A DNA stretch of 64,000 nucleotides from Hormiphora californensis. Lineage: Eukaryota > Animalia > Ctenophora. A program made the translations under genes and the position numbers. Position 1 is the stretch's first letter. Every line of letters starts with the position of its first letter. The stretch spans positions 620,001-684,000 of the forward strand of contig CM035353.1 in assembly GCA_020137815.1 (NCBI GenBank), read 5' to 3'. The notes beneath the pieces are model-generated. The model made no database searches, was not told where the DNA came from, and saw nothing but the letters and a program-made list of their open reading frames with translations. Of the stretch, positions 1-22,001 are shown piece by piece.

Positions 1-119
1 GATTTATTTATACTTAACTTATTACACCCGTAAGAGTAAATTTTATTTTTATATCTATTCATGTAAATAATATTGTACTGACATATTTTCTATTTGAACC
101 GGTACCCCGGCCTTCGCAA

Positions 120-1834
120 AAAAATTTTTACGGCCCCGGGAAAAAAATTCGACTTTTTTAACATAACATGGCATGTAAAATGTGAGTGAACGCGCCGCGC
201 ACCATTCGCGTTGTACTTCCCGCAAAACAGCTCGATACTGCCATGTCACATGCGCGGGCGAAGGGCGGCCATTTTGACGGGTCACCTTGACATGTTCCTT
301 GTCTGTCAGCTCTCACACCGGGCCGAAGGCCCGGTGCGAGCTTACGCGAGCCCGAAGGGCGAGCGTAAGCGATAGATAGACAGACTGCGTAGCATGGCAA
401 GGGTCACCACTGTGACTCCTCAGAATTTTACCAGTACAACAAAATACAAATAAATTGTATTACACGATATTTAGCTTAAGGGCCATGCCTAAACTGCCAT
501 AAAACTATTAATTAGAGTACAGAAATACATGGGTTAGTCTTACAAGTTATAATAAGTCTTTGAAACGGCTCTTCTCTGAGTGTCTCTATAGTAGTTCGTA
601 TCTATCTCTCACAAATATTATATCTACTGGCGAAGGGTGTTGCGATAAGCTCTAAGATAAAATCCGAAATATATGACTTGATTGTCCCAACAGTTTCATA
701 GTCGACAACTTCTAACGCACCAATCTTCCCAATTCAAAAGTATAATCCGTATTATAGGACACAATCTGTCTCTCTATCTCTCCCTCATTTGATAATGAAG
801 AGTCCCTTTTATAATGTCGTTTCGTGTTGTTAACTCGTTCGATGTTGGGCTTGAAAATGTTCGTCCTCTCTCTTTTCATCTCTCATCCAGGCTGTCTGTT
901 GTGGTTGTTCCTACGAAAATTAAAACTCAGGGGATTGATTAGATTATAGAGCGTCGGGTTAGGGTTGTATGGCACCGGTATTTGATGGATTAATGAAAGA
1001 AATGTAAAATTACCTTTTTTGGTTCCCCTTTTTTTGTTTTTGTTGTTTTCCCAGGATTCTCTCCCTGTCGGGGAAAAAAGTTTTAGAACTTATGTAAATA
1101 ACACTTGACGATTATTATATCAAGATTATCAAGATTTCCAATAACTAGTTCAACATGGTCGGACCCCCAGCCTGCTTGGGGGAAATGGGTAATAACATGT
1201 TATTTGAGTACGCGGTGACATAGGGTTAAAGACTGACACCGGGGGACGTCTATCCGTCTAGGAAATGGACATCGGGGTCCAACAGTTGATAGTTGTACGG
1301 AAGAAAAGCATGTTTTTGTGCAGTAAGAATCTCCGTGACTGAGTGAAAATCGACAAATCGTACCTAACCCGATAAAAGACTCAGGGATTTGTTCAGACTG
1401 TCCCACGATAAAAAGAGAGAGTAAGAACAGCTGTTCAAGTAAACATAAACATTAAAATACATGATTTTAAAATAAATAATAGGTAAGGGGTCAACTCCTT
1501 TTCGTCGGTCGAGTGACAGGGTGTGATGAGTCGCGCGCGGAGTGGTACACTTTTCACACGGTTGAGCCACGCGCGCACTCGTGGGGTCTACCAAAAAGGG
1601 TCTACCGCAACCGAGGAGGGAGGGTGAAGGGCCGATCTGCGATGCAGTGGGGTACTGAGTCTGACTTTCACACCTTGTCCATCATAATCAATAATGGAAT
1701 GAAAGCGTCCATCTACTTTCGAAAGTAGATCACAGTTGATGCAACACAATGAGCCAAATAAATAAAAGATGTATGTAAACTTCAGACGAGATTCACCTTG
1801 CAACTGCGTAGCTTTTTTCTCGTTCTGCGACGCT
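120..1834 (-). repeat. Partial tandem duplicate of the SZRD1 3' half (matches about 2660-4200); contains exon copies 1832-1797, 1064-1014 and 910-883
   Basis: Direct sequence match with substitutions and block indels. The duplicated exons and their splice sites are intact. Confidence 0.85.
287..400. mobile_element. 114-bp insertion with 8-bp TSD (GGGTCACC), imperfect terminal inverted repeats and two internal hairpins
   Basis: GGGTCACC at 279-286 and 401-408. The paralogous copy has a single GGAGCACC at 2801-2808. Ends are TTGACATG / CATGGCAA. Confidence 0.75.
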
Positions 1835-3278
1835 AAGTAATTAGTTAATGGTTAAAGTAACTGTAACAGGATAACCGATAAGGTAATACACACTAACCAT
1901 ATTAATTGCTATATAAGGTTATGATCTAATAAATGGCCTATGGAAAATTCTAAAAAAGCTGGTAATAAATTAATGAATAACGAGGTAGAAAAATAAAAAG
2001 CAAGAGACCAGAGGTCAGTCAGATAGATTAAATACAAAGCTGTTAATAAATTAATTAATTGGAGCAGTAAAAAATAAAAAGGCAGGAGACCAGTGCAATG
2101 GCCAGTCAGAATAAGTTAATTAATGCGGTTGGGTTTAAAATTTAATGTACGATAAAAACGTTAAGCTAATTATAGTAAGCTGTAAGATAGATAACTGTAC
2201 TAGACGTAAGTATTTAGGTTCTAATTTAAAGTAATTTTAAGGTAACTAGGATAGAGAAGATATAAAATTAAGAGCTGCCCAACTTAGAAACTCTAGAGTC
2301 TATTCTCCAAACACACTCGTATAAAGTCCATGTATGTTTATCGTCTTGATGTCTTCGAGAACGTAATACCCAGGGGTGGCCCCAGCACGGATATTTTGGG
2401 GGGGTGGTCAATCCCGAAACCAAGTGACCGAGGTGCCGCGAAGCGGCGCCGAGGGAGCTGCGGCGGGGGGTTTGGGGGCGCAGCCCCCAACGGGGTCCAG
2501 GGGCAGAGCCCCATGCGTCGTTCCCAGCGTGGTTCACAGCGTTCAAAATGCGTGAAAAAGCATACATTGTTAGTTTTGGACGCATGGGCTGTGGCCAATA
2601 TGACGGAGCACCGCAGTCAGAACCCAGTTGGCATTTTGGGCAAAAAACGAAGTCGAAGTTTTTCCGGCCCCGGGAAAAAATTCTACTTTTTTTAACATGA
2701 CATGTGAGTGCACGCGCCGCGCACCATGCGCGTTGCACTTCCCGCAAAATAGCTCGATACTACAATGTCAAATGCGCGGTCGAAGGGCGGCCATTTTGAC
2801 GGAGCACCACTGTGAATCCTCAGAATTTCACCAGTACAACAAAATACAAACCAATTGTATTACACGATATTTAGCTTAAGGGCCATGCCTAAACTGCCAT
2901 AAAACTATTAATTAGAGTACAGAAATGGGTTAGTCTTACAAGTTTATAATAAGTCTTTGAAACGGCTCTTCTCTGAGTGTCTCTATAGTAGTTCGTATCT
3001 ATCTCTCACAAATATTATATCTACTGGCAAAGTGCGTTGCGATAAGCTCTAAGATAAAATCCGAAATGTATGACTTGATTGTCCCAACAGTTTCATAGTC
3101 GACAACTTCTAATGCACCTATCTTCCCAATTCAAAAGTATAATCCGTATTATAGAAACACAATCTGCCTCTCTCTCTATCTCATTTGATAATGAAGAGTC
3201 CCTTTTATAATGTCGTTTCGTGTTGTTAACTCGTTCGATGTTGGGCTTGAAAATGTTCGTCCTCTCTCTTTTCATCTC

Positions 3279-4999
<1,721 letters not shown>

Positions 5000-5027
5000 T
5001 CCATAGCTAGAGAGAGAGGAAAGTAGA

Positions 5028-5130
<103 letters not shown>

Positions 5131-6134
5131 ATAAAGAAGAGGGAGCGGGAGAGAGAATCAAGAAGAGGGAGAGAGAGAGAGAGTGGGACTGGGGTCTGGG
5201 AATGGGTTTCTCGGGAGTGGGACTGGGTTTCTCGGGAGAGAGGGGGGTGCTTTCAAAAACGATTTCTAGGGTATAACACAAGAAAGGATCGTTATATTGT
5301 TGGTACCAGTAGACAAAGCAAATCTTGAGATATTACAGGGTGGGCCAAAAACACAATAATACACTACTTCTTCACCTCCTTGTTATAGGTCAAATACACC
5401 CAGTTTGTTACGTCCCTTTTATCAGCTCGATTTCCCACTCTCTTGAAACATAATAGTTTATTGACCTTTCCAATCTCTTTTTCCATACATCTCAAGACTT
5501 CTCTAGCCAGTTAGAAGGGGTAGGAGTACAGCCTTAAAACTTTTCATTGTTTGTTTTTTAGGAATGTCAAATAAGTAGGAATGAAAGAATGAAGAGCTCA
5601 AAAATTCATAAAGTAAAAATAAACTTCGGCATTCAAACGGGCAGGGAAACAATAATTCAAAACATATAAAAGTAAGAAAATGGGAGAATGAGAACCATAA
5701 AAGATAGAACGTATAAAGAGCGACTTTGTCAAATTTGTCAAAAAGTTTTTTATAAACTGTACTCCCCACTCCCCCTCCCCTCTCTCGAACTACTGAAATT
5801 CATTTGATCATCTCCAAACGCATTTTGTAAAAAATAAGTTAAAGTTGTTGGAGTAGAAAAAACATTTTACCCGTAGTTCTTCCGTTCAACTACAGAAATA
5901 ACCCGGGTCCTTCCACTGTAAACAAAATCGCCAAGGTGATTATCAATGTGATATTGACAATGTCATAATAAAATAACTATCATTTTCTAAGATCGCTCAA
6001 CATTCACCCCTTTCTCTCCCTAGCTCTCTCCCTCTCCCTAGCTCTCTGATAACGGATATAATATTGATAAAAACGTTCACACACACACGCAATACACATC
6101 TCTTTCCTCCACATTATCTCCCTCCCTCGTTGCT

Positions 6135-12794
<6,660 letters not shown>

Positions 12795-13058
12795 GACAAG
12801 GTGGAATCTACATCATATCTACATCCTATATGATGGGAATTTAGGTTAGCCGTGAAATGAGGGTCCTCATTGGGGTGCTGGAAAGGTCTTTATAGCACAA
12901 CCGGGGAGAAGTCTTTATTTCAATAGGATGTATCTCAAAAATACAATCCGTAAAATCAAAAAGGAAGGGGACATGGACAGTTGGCACAGTACAGGGTGGG
13001 CTATGGTATGTCTCTCGGCCTGATTACAGGTACACACTGCACGCTATCAAAAAGAGTA

Positions 13059-13267
13059 GGGTAGCGACTGGTTATTTGAAATGGCGGCTAATTTGAAACA
13101 CCCCTCTACAGGCTAGCAGGTGCACCAGATTTTGATTTTTAATCAATGGGCTAATCAGAACTCATGTCAAGCCCACTGATGTCTAAAAATCCAAATCTGG
13201 TGCACCTGCTGGCCTGTAGAGGGGGTGTTTCAAATTAGCGGCCATTTCGAAAAGCCAGTCGCTACCC
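13059..13267. mobile_element. TA-flanked palindromic MITE (second copy at ~17344-17553)
   Basis: TA|GGGTAGCGACTGG...CCAGTCGCTACCC|TA with ~85-bp arms. Confidence 0.88.
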
Positions 13268-13765
13268 TACTAGGAGACTTCTTCAAATTGGCTAAAGCTA
13301 TGCAACTATACCGCCAATCAATAGCACTAATAATAACTCGAAACTTCATAGCCAGATCGCAAAAATCGATAAAGTCCATTTTTTTTCAACTGTTCACCCA
13401 AAAGCTGAAATTTAATAAAAATTAGAATTTGGGTGGCGCGCGCTACACGTTAACATGTGATAAACGCGCAAAACAATTCCGTGCACGACTTTGGGGGGTG
13501 AACAGTTGAAAAAAATGGAGTATACTGCTAACACTTCATCGATTTTGGGCACACCCCTACCAGTCAACCTGAAACGCAGCAACTCTGCCTCTAATGGAAG
13601 TGTAGTTGATGAGGGGAATCTTGATTGTGAGAAGGATGTAGAACAGAACGGAGAGACAGGTATAACTAAGGGGAATTATAGAGGCTGATACAGTGGTTGA
13701 GAAGAGTTGTTGGGTACACAATAAGTGCTAAGGCTGCCAGCTAGGATTTTATTGGGGATATCAGT

Positions 13766-16407
13766 TAAATCAAATCAAATCAAATCAAATCAAATTAAAT
13801 TTACACTCTAAACGCGTGCGGATTTCCAGCGAGTGGGTCCTCCTTGTCAAGTCTAACTCAAAATATTAAAATCGAATCGCCCCGTCATGTGGTCAGTCAT
13901 CAGCAAAATCACACACAGCAAAATCACACACAGCAAATCACACACAGCTAAGATTTCGCCGCCTGACTGAAGTCATTCGGGACCGTGGGGTACCCTCTCA
14001 CTGGAGGCCTGTCCTTGTACTCCTTCATGAAAGAACCCAGGCTAGCCTTAAACCCTGCCAATGTTTCCACAAGGGTCACCTCTCGGGGCAGTTTTATTCC
14101 ACAACTGAGGAGCCCTGTAACTGAACGAGTTTGAACAGCTGGGTAGCTCGCCTCCTATCAGCCCAATAAGGATACTTCTGCGTTTGACCTGTATCCCCAG
14201 CGGCCTGTCTGGAATTCCATTCCTACACAGTTAGGTACTAGTCCATGATAGATTTTCCAGACATGTATAAGCTCGTACCTCTGGCGTCGCCTCTGAAGGG
14301 ACATGATTTTCAGAGTCTCCAACCGCTCCCAGTAAGTCAGCTCATTCATCCCATAGATCTTTCTTAAGAAAGCTCGCTGACGTTCTCCAGGCGCCTGGAT
14401 GTCAGCTACCTTGGACGGTGACCAAACCAAGCAGCAGTACTCTAGAATGGGACGAACCAAGGCCTTGTATAGAGTCAGTAATACCTGTAGATCTACATCT
14501 GAACACGCTCAGAATCCATCCCGCAATCCGGTTGGCCCTCCTAACGATGTCATATGTGTAAGTCCATGTACCATCCGCCGACAACCATACACCGAGGTCC
14601 TTTACGTGCTGTTCAGGTCCACAGTCGTACCTGCTTCCGTAACATAGCTCAGGGTTTCAGACGTGAAAGGTAGCTCCCTAGCAACTGGGACTTGCCTAGG
14701 GGGTATATCATTAGCTGAAACTTCTTCTCGTGAAGCCTCATGTTGTTTTTGGACGACCACTGACTAACATTTTTGATGTCCTCTTGAAGTTCCACTTGGT
14801 CAAGAAGGGTCTGGATAGCCTGGATCAGCTTAGTGTCTCGGCAAAAGACATCGAGTCTGCACTTGGAGCATTCTTTCAGGTCGAGTACATAAAATATGAA
14901 AAAGGACTGGCCCCAGTACCTGCCCTGGATTACACTACTGACCACGAGTTCCCAAAATGATTGCCCCCGTCCACAAGTACCGTCTGCTTCCGGTTGGTGA
15001 GGAACTCTTTATCCAAGCCAACAGTTTGCCGCGGAACACCATAACGATGAAGCTTTTTGAGTAAGACACGTGTATCAACTCTATCAAATGCTTTTTGAAA
15101 GTCCAGATACAACACGTCCCCTTCATTCCCTTCAGTGAGATGTTTTAATACTCTATCTATATGGCGAGGAGATGAGTCATCGTACTTCGCCCCTTTCGAA
15201 AGCCGTGCTGCCTATCGCAATGAAGCTCTGCTCTCTCCAAGAAGTTCGTCAGTGGTCTCGCAGCACCTCTCAAATGTTTTGGAGATATGTGACGTGATAG
15301 CCACCGGTCGGTAATTCTCAGGCAGCGAGCGATCCCCTTTCTTAAAGATTGGACAGATAAACTGTTCTTTCATTGCTGCTGGTATGGTACTTGTATTGAA
15401 AGACTCCTTCCAGAGAACCAAATCGGGTACGCTAATCTCCTGCAACAGCTTTTTAGAATGACAGCTGGAATTCTCCGGTGGGGCTGCTGAGTTGGGTTTA
15501 AGCTCCTTTAATGCTTTCAATATCCTCCTGGAAACTCTATATCCAGATTTCCACATTGTTCTCAGGGATGTTTCTCGATTGCCTTCTCTGGATCCACATC
15601 CGCTGGGTTACTGAAGACTTCACGTATTGCCGCTGCAGCAGGTCTGCCTTTTCCCTAGAATCTGTTGTAAGAGAACCATCTTCCCTCGCGAGTGGAGAGA
15701 CCGAGGACTTCACCTTGGAGAAGGATTTGGCGTGGGTGAAGAAGTACTTAGGGTTCAACTTAACCGCCGCTGCAACTTTTTCTTCTCTAGCTTGCTGTTG
15801 ATCTTCACGTGGTCTTTAATGTCCATCGTTATTCTGTCCACCTTTTCCTCCAGCCGCTGTTTCAGCTTACCAGATGCCCTGACCATCCGCCGGTTGAGTT
15901 TCCTCCGCCGGCTCCGCAGGTGTCTCAACTTCTTATCTCTCCACTTCTTGCCAACCCGTTTAGGTGGGGCACACATAGTGGATTATCTGTAGAACTGTAA
16001 GCCCTATCAGTTCCAAAAAATCACTGCAACCTTCAGAACAGAGGAGGTGCAGGAGGTCCCAGTCCACCTCCTCAAACAACGCGTTTTGCTTCAAATCCAT
16101 GTCCAATAAGCTGAGCCTGCAAACCTGTTTTTCTCCGTAGGTCTCTCTCCACCTTTCCGTACAGTTGAATGCCAGAGTGCATGTCACCATGGAATGGTCG
16201 ATATTCCGAGGTCGTCCAGTTCACCGCCAGGACATAATCTGGCCTGTTGGTGAACACTAGATCAAGAACATTATCTCCCCTGGTTGGTGATGATACCAAC
16301 TGCGTTAGAAGGTTGGTGTCCATGAAATCCCGGAGTGTGTTGTATAGAGGCTGGTCAACAAATTCCGGAACACCGCCTTCCCATTTCAAGAGGGGAAGGT
16401 TGAAGTT
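13766..16407 (-). mobile_element. 5'-truncated CR1-clade LINE (endonuclease end plus RT), frameshifted
   Basis: LYLDFQKAFDRVD, PIFKKGDRSLPENYRPVAITS, LDLVFTN and LVRPILEYCCLVWSP, with an (ATTTG)n 3' tail at 13766-13800. Confidence 0.93.
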
Positions 16408-16815
16408 GCTGTAATCTTCCAGATGCCGTTTAGTTTACCCTAGTTGGCCAGCGACCCCTGACCTGAACGCTGAACGTGGGTGGTCCGTGGTCTTTTGAAA
16501 ATTCGACTTTTAAAAAAACCTGAAAGGGAAATCTGAGCTGAGCTGAATTTTGAATTGATAGAAAAAATATCGCGCGCACGAACAATTATGCGTCGCGATT
16601 ATTGTAACGCGCGAACTTTGTCTGAACACGTTGCCGCGCGCTGAAATCTTGACACGCGATCCGATAAATTTTTTTCGGAATCGCCCAATTTTTTTTTCTC
16701 AAAATTCTCGCTTTTTTAATTATTTTTCAAAATTCTCGCTTTTCACTCGACAGTCGCGTAAGCAATCTTTGATGTTGAGTCCTAACTCCTGAAAGTTCTC
16801 AGCAACAAAAATTCC

Positions 16816-17260
16816 ATGGCACCTATGGTTGAGCCTGATAATGTGCCAGCGTCTTGTCCCGGTCCGGCGTCGGAGGAAGCGGGAAAAATGGACGGTTGTG
16901 CCGGATGTCCCAACAAACAAGCATGCTCCACCGGCCAATTCAAAACAGACACCTCACCATCAGATGTAGCGGCTGCGCTGAGCAAAGTTAAACATAAAAT
17001 CCTTGTCTTATCGGGAAAGGGAGGCGTTGGTAAGAGCACAGTTACGGCCCAAATTGCTCGAAATCTTGCAGCTCGTGATTACTCAGTTGGCGTGGTAGAT
17101 GTGGACGTGTGTGGTCCATCTCTCGCTCGGATATTAGGTGTCAACGGTCAGAGTGTCCACAAGAGCTCAAATGGTTGGAGTCCAGTGTACACATTAGACG
17201 ACATTGCCGTCATGTCCATTGATTTTCTTGCTCGGTCTCAGAGAGATGCTGTGATCTGGC
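16816..17260 (+). pseudogene. NUBP1: 5' half of NUBP1, truncated at the duplication junction (probably artefactual)
   Basis: CPG...[11 protein letters not shown] Fe-S motif and [10 protein letters not shown]-loop. The match ends at DAVIW. Confidence 0.8.
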
Positions 17261-18045
17261 CGGTTGGCAAGTACAGTGTGGGCTATGGTCTTGTCTATCG
17301 GCATGATACAGGTACCACACGCCACCGCTATCCAAAAGAAGTAGGGTAGGCGACTGGTTATTTGAAAGGCGGCTAATTTGAAACACCCCTAGCAGGCTAG
17401 CAGGTGCCACAGATTTTGTTTTTAATAAATGGAGATAATCTAGAAACTCATGTCAAGACCACTGAGTCTAAAAATCCAAATTTGGTGCACCTGCTGGCCT
17501 GTAGAGGGGGTGTTTCAAATTAGCGGCCATTTCGAAAAGCCAGTCGCTACCCTACTAGGAGACTTCTTCAAATTGGCTAAAGCTATGCAACTATACCGCC
17601 AATCAATAGCACTAATAATAACTCGAAACTTCATAGCCAGATCGCAAAAATCGATAAAGTCCATTTTTTTTCAACTGTTCACCCAAAAGCTGAAATTTAA
17701 TAAAAATTAGAATTTGGGTGGCGCGCGCTACACGTTTAACATGTGATAACGCGCAAAACAATTCCGTGCACGACTTTGGGGGGTGAACAGTTGAAAAAAA
17801 TGGGTATACTGCTAACACTCACGATTTTGGGCACACCCCTACCAGTCAACTGAAACGCAGCAACTCTGCCTCTAATGGAAGTGTAGTTGAGTGGGGAATC
17901 TTGATTGTGAGAAGGATGTAGAACAGAACGGAGAGACAGGATAAACTAAGGGGAATTATAGAGGCTGATACAGTGGTTGAGAAGAGTTGTTGGGTACACA
18001 ATAAGTGCTAAGGCTGCCAGCTAGGATTTTATTGGGGATATCAGT

Positions 18046-20682
18046 TAAATCAAATCAAATCAAATCAAATCAAATTAAATTTACACAATCTAAACGCGTG
18101 CGGATTTCCCAGCGAGTGGGTCCTCCTTGTCAAGTCTTAACTCAAAATATTAAAATCGAATCGCCCCGTCATGTGGTCAGTCATCAGCAAAATCACACAC
18201 AGCAAAATCACACCACAGCAAAATCACACACAGTAAGATTTCGCCGCCTGACTGAAGTCATTCGGGACCGTGGGGTACCCTCTCACTGGAGGCCTGTCCT
18301 TGTACCCTTCATGAAAGAACCCAGGCTAGCCTTAAACCCTGCCAAGTTTCACAAAGGGTCACTCTCGGGGCAGTTTATTCCACAACTGAGGAGCCCTGTA
18401 ACTGAACGAGTTTGAACAGCTGGGTAGCTCGCCTCCTATCAGCCCAATAAGGATACTTCTGCGTTTGACCTGTATCCCCAAGCGGCCTGTCTGAATTCCA
18501 TTCCTACACAGTTAGGTACTAGTCCATGATAGATTTTCCAGACATGTATAAGCTCGTACCTCTGGCGTCGCCTTGAAGGGACATGATTTTCAGAGTCTCC
18601 AACCGCTCCCAGTAAGTCAGCTCATATTCCCATAGATCTTTCTTAAGAAAGCTCGCTGAACGTTCTCCAGCGCCTGGATGTCAGCTACCTTGGACGGTGA
18701 CCAAACCAAGCAGCAGTACTCTAGAATGGGACGAACCAAGGCCTTGTATAGAGTCAGTAATACCTCCTGAGATCTACATCTGAACACGCTCAGAATCCAT
18801 CCCGCAATCCGGTTGGCCCTCCTAACGATGTCATTGATGTGATAAGTCCATGTACATCCGCCGACAACCATACACCGAGGTCCTTTACGTGCTGTTCAGG
18901 TTCCACAGTCGTACCTGCTTCCGTAACATAGCTCAGGGTTTCAGACGTGAAAGGTAGCTCCCTAAGCAACTGGGACTTGCCTAGGGGGTATATCATTAGC
19001 TGAAACTTCTCTGTGAAGCCTCATGTTGTTATTGGACGACCACTGACTAACATTTTTGATGTCCTCTGAAGTTCCACTTGGTCAAGAAGGGTCTGGATAG
19101 CCTGGATCAGTTAGTGTCATCGGCAAAAGACATCGGTCTGCACTTGAGAGGCATTCTTTCAGGTCGAGTACTAAAATATGAAAAGGACTGGCCCAGTACG
19201 CTGCCCTGGATTACACTACTGACCCACGAGTCCCAAAATGATTGCTCCCCGTCCACAAGTACCGTCTGCTCGGTTGGTGAGGAACTCCTTATCCAAGCCA
19301 ACAGTTTGCCGCGGACACCAAACGATGAAGCTTTTTGAGTAAGACACGTGTATCAACTCTTCAAATGCTTTTTGAAAGTCAGATACAACACGTCCACTTA
19401 TCCTTCAGTGGATGTTTTAATACTCTATCTATATGGCGAGGAGATGAGTCATCGTACTTCGCCCCTTTCGAAAGCCGTGCTGCCTATCGCAATGAAGCTC
19501 TGCTCTCTCCAAGAAGTTCGTCAGGTGGTTCGCAGCACCCTCTCAAATGTTTTGGAGATATTGGACGTGATAGCCACGGTCGGTAATTTCCAGGCAGCGA
19601 GCGATCCTTTCTTAAAGATTGGACAGATAAACTGTTCTTCATTGCTGCTGGTATGGTACTTGTATTGAAAGACTCCTTCCAGAGAAGCCAAATCGGGTAC
19701 GCTAATCTGCTGCAACAGCTTTTTAGAATGACAGCTGGAATATCTCCGGTGGGGCTGCTGAGTTGGGTTTAAGCTCCTTTAATGCCTTTTCAATATCCTC
19801 CTGGAAAAACTCTAATCCAAGATTTCACCATTGTTTCTAGGGATGTTCTCGATTGCCTTCTCTGGATCCAACATCCGCTGGGTTATGAAGACTTCACGTA
19901 TTGCCGCTGCAGCAGGTCTGCCTTTCCCTAGAATCTGTTGTAAGAGAACCATCTTCCCGCCGGAGTGGAGAGACCGAGGACTCACCTTGGAGAAGGATTT
20001 GGCGTGGGTGAAGAAGTACTTAGGTTCAAACTTAACCGCCGCTGCAACTTTTTCTTCTCTAGCTTGCTGTTGATCTTTCACGTGGTCTTTAATGTCCATC
20101 GTTATTCTGTCCACCTTTTCCTCCAGCCGCTGTTTCAGCTTACCAGATGCCCTGACCATCCGCGTTGAGTTTCCTCCGCCGGCTCCGCAGGTGTCTCAAC
20201 TTCTTATCTCTCCACTTCTTGCCAACCCGTTTAGGTGGGGCACACATAGTGGATATCTGTAGAACTGTACCTCATCAGTTCCAAAAAATCACATGCAACC
20301 TTCAGAACAGAGGAGGTGCAGGAGGTCCCAGTCCACCTCCTCAAACAACGCGTTTGCCCTCTCAAAATCCATGTCCAATAAGCTGAGCGCTGCAAACCCT
20401 GTTTTCTCCCGTAGGTTCTCTCCACCCTTTCCGTACAGTTGAATGCCAGAGGCATGTCACCATGGAATGGTCGGATATTCCGAGGTCGTCGCAGTTCACC
20501 GCCAGGACATAATCTGGCCTGTTGGTGAACACTAGATCAAGAACATTATTTCTCCTGGTTGGTGATGATACCAACTGCGTTAGAAGGTTGGTGTCCATGA
20601 AATCCCGGAGTGTGTTGTATAGAGGCTGGTCAACAATTCCGGAACACCGCCTTCCCATTTCAAGAGGGGAAGGTTGAAGTTG
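18046..20682 (-). mobile_element. Second copy of the CR1-clade LINE within the duplication
   Basis: Colinear with 13766-16407; contains SFADDT. Confidence 0.92.
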
Positions 20683-21082
20683 TGTAATCTTCCAGATGCC
20701 GTTAGTTTACCCTAGTTGGCCAGCGACCCCTGACCTGAACGCTGAACGTGGGTGGTCCGTGGTCTTTTGAAAATTGACTTTTAAAAAACCTGAAAGGGAA
20801 ATCTGAGCTGAGCTGAATTTTGAATTGATAGAAAAAATATCGCGCGCACGAACAATTATGCGTCGCGATTATTGTAACGCGGAACTTTGTCTGAACACGT
20901 TTGCCGGCGCTGAAATCTTGACACGGATCCGATATAAATTTTTTCGGAATCGCCCAATTTTTTTTTCTCAAAATCTCGCTTTTTTAATATTTTTCAAAAT
21001 TCTCGCTTTTCACTCGACAGTCGCGTAAGCAATCTTTGATGTGAGTCCTAACTCCTGAAAGTTCTCAGCAACAAAAAATTCC

Positions 21083-22001
21083 ATGGCAACTAGGTTGAGC
21101 CTGATAATGTGCCAGCGTCTTGTCCCGGTCCGGGTCGGAGGAAGGGGAAAAATGGACGGTTGTGCCGGATGTCCCAACAAACAAGCATGCTCCACCGGCC
21201 AATTCAAAACAGACACCTCACCATCAGATGTAGCGGCTGCGCTGAGCAAAGTTAAACATAAAATCTTGTTTATCGGGAAAGGGAGGCGTTGGTAAGAGCA
21301 CAGTTACGGCCCAAATTGCTCGAAATCTTGCAGCTCGTGATTACTCAGTTGGCGTGGTAGATGTGGACGTGTGTGGTCCATCTCTCGCTCGGATATTAGG
21401 TGTCAACGGTCAGAGTGTCCACAAGAGCTCAAATGGTTGGAGTCCAGTGTACACATTAGACGACATTGCCGTCATGTCCATTGATTTCTTGCTCGGTTCA
21501 GAGGAGGATGCTGTGATCTGGCGGGGTGCCAAGAAAAATGGCATGATCAAGGAATTCCTGACATCTGTGGATTGGGGTGAGTTGGATTACCTCTTGATGG
21601 ACACACCCCCGGGCACCAGCGACGAGCACCTCGCAATTGTGTCCCTTCTCAAACAGAGCAAGGTATCTGGTTGTGTGCTGGTGACAACACCACAGGAGGT
21701 TTCCCTCGGTGATGTCCGGAAAGAGGTGAACTTCTGCCGGAAACTGAAACTCCCAATTGTTGGAGTGGTTGAGAATATGGCGTGGTATGATTGTCCAAAG
21801 TGTCAGACTAAATCAGAGATTTTCCCGGCTACCACGGGCGGGGCTGCAGCCATGTGTCATCGGGAGGGGCTTGATTTGTTGTGCTCTGTCCCACTGAGTC
21901 CAAAAGTTGGTCAGAGTTGTGACTCGGGCATAGAGGGAGATGGTCTGCCACTCGAGTATGGGGTTTTAGTTGATAAAATTACACGCTATTGTGAGGGTTG
22001 A
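21083..22001 (+). CDS. NUBP1: Cytosolic Fe-S cluster assembly factor NUBP1/Nbp35, intronless; 5' part carries indels
   Basis: [47 protein letters not shown] and VVENM...CPKC. The N-terminal four-Cys motif distinguishes it from NUBP2. Confidence 0.92.

Larger units (their letters stand above)
12978..21522. repeat. ~4.28-kb tandem duplication (12978-17260 / 17261-21522)
   Basis: NUBP1 copy 1 breaks at GTGATCTGGC (17260) and restarts with sequence matching 12978. The copies differ mainly by 1-bp indels. Confidence 0.93.
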
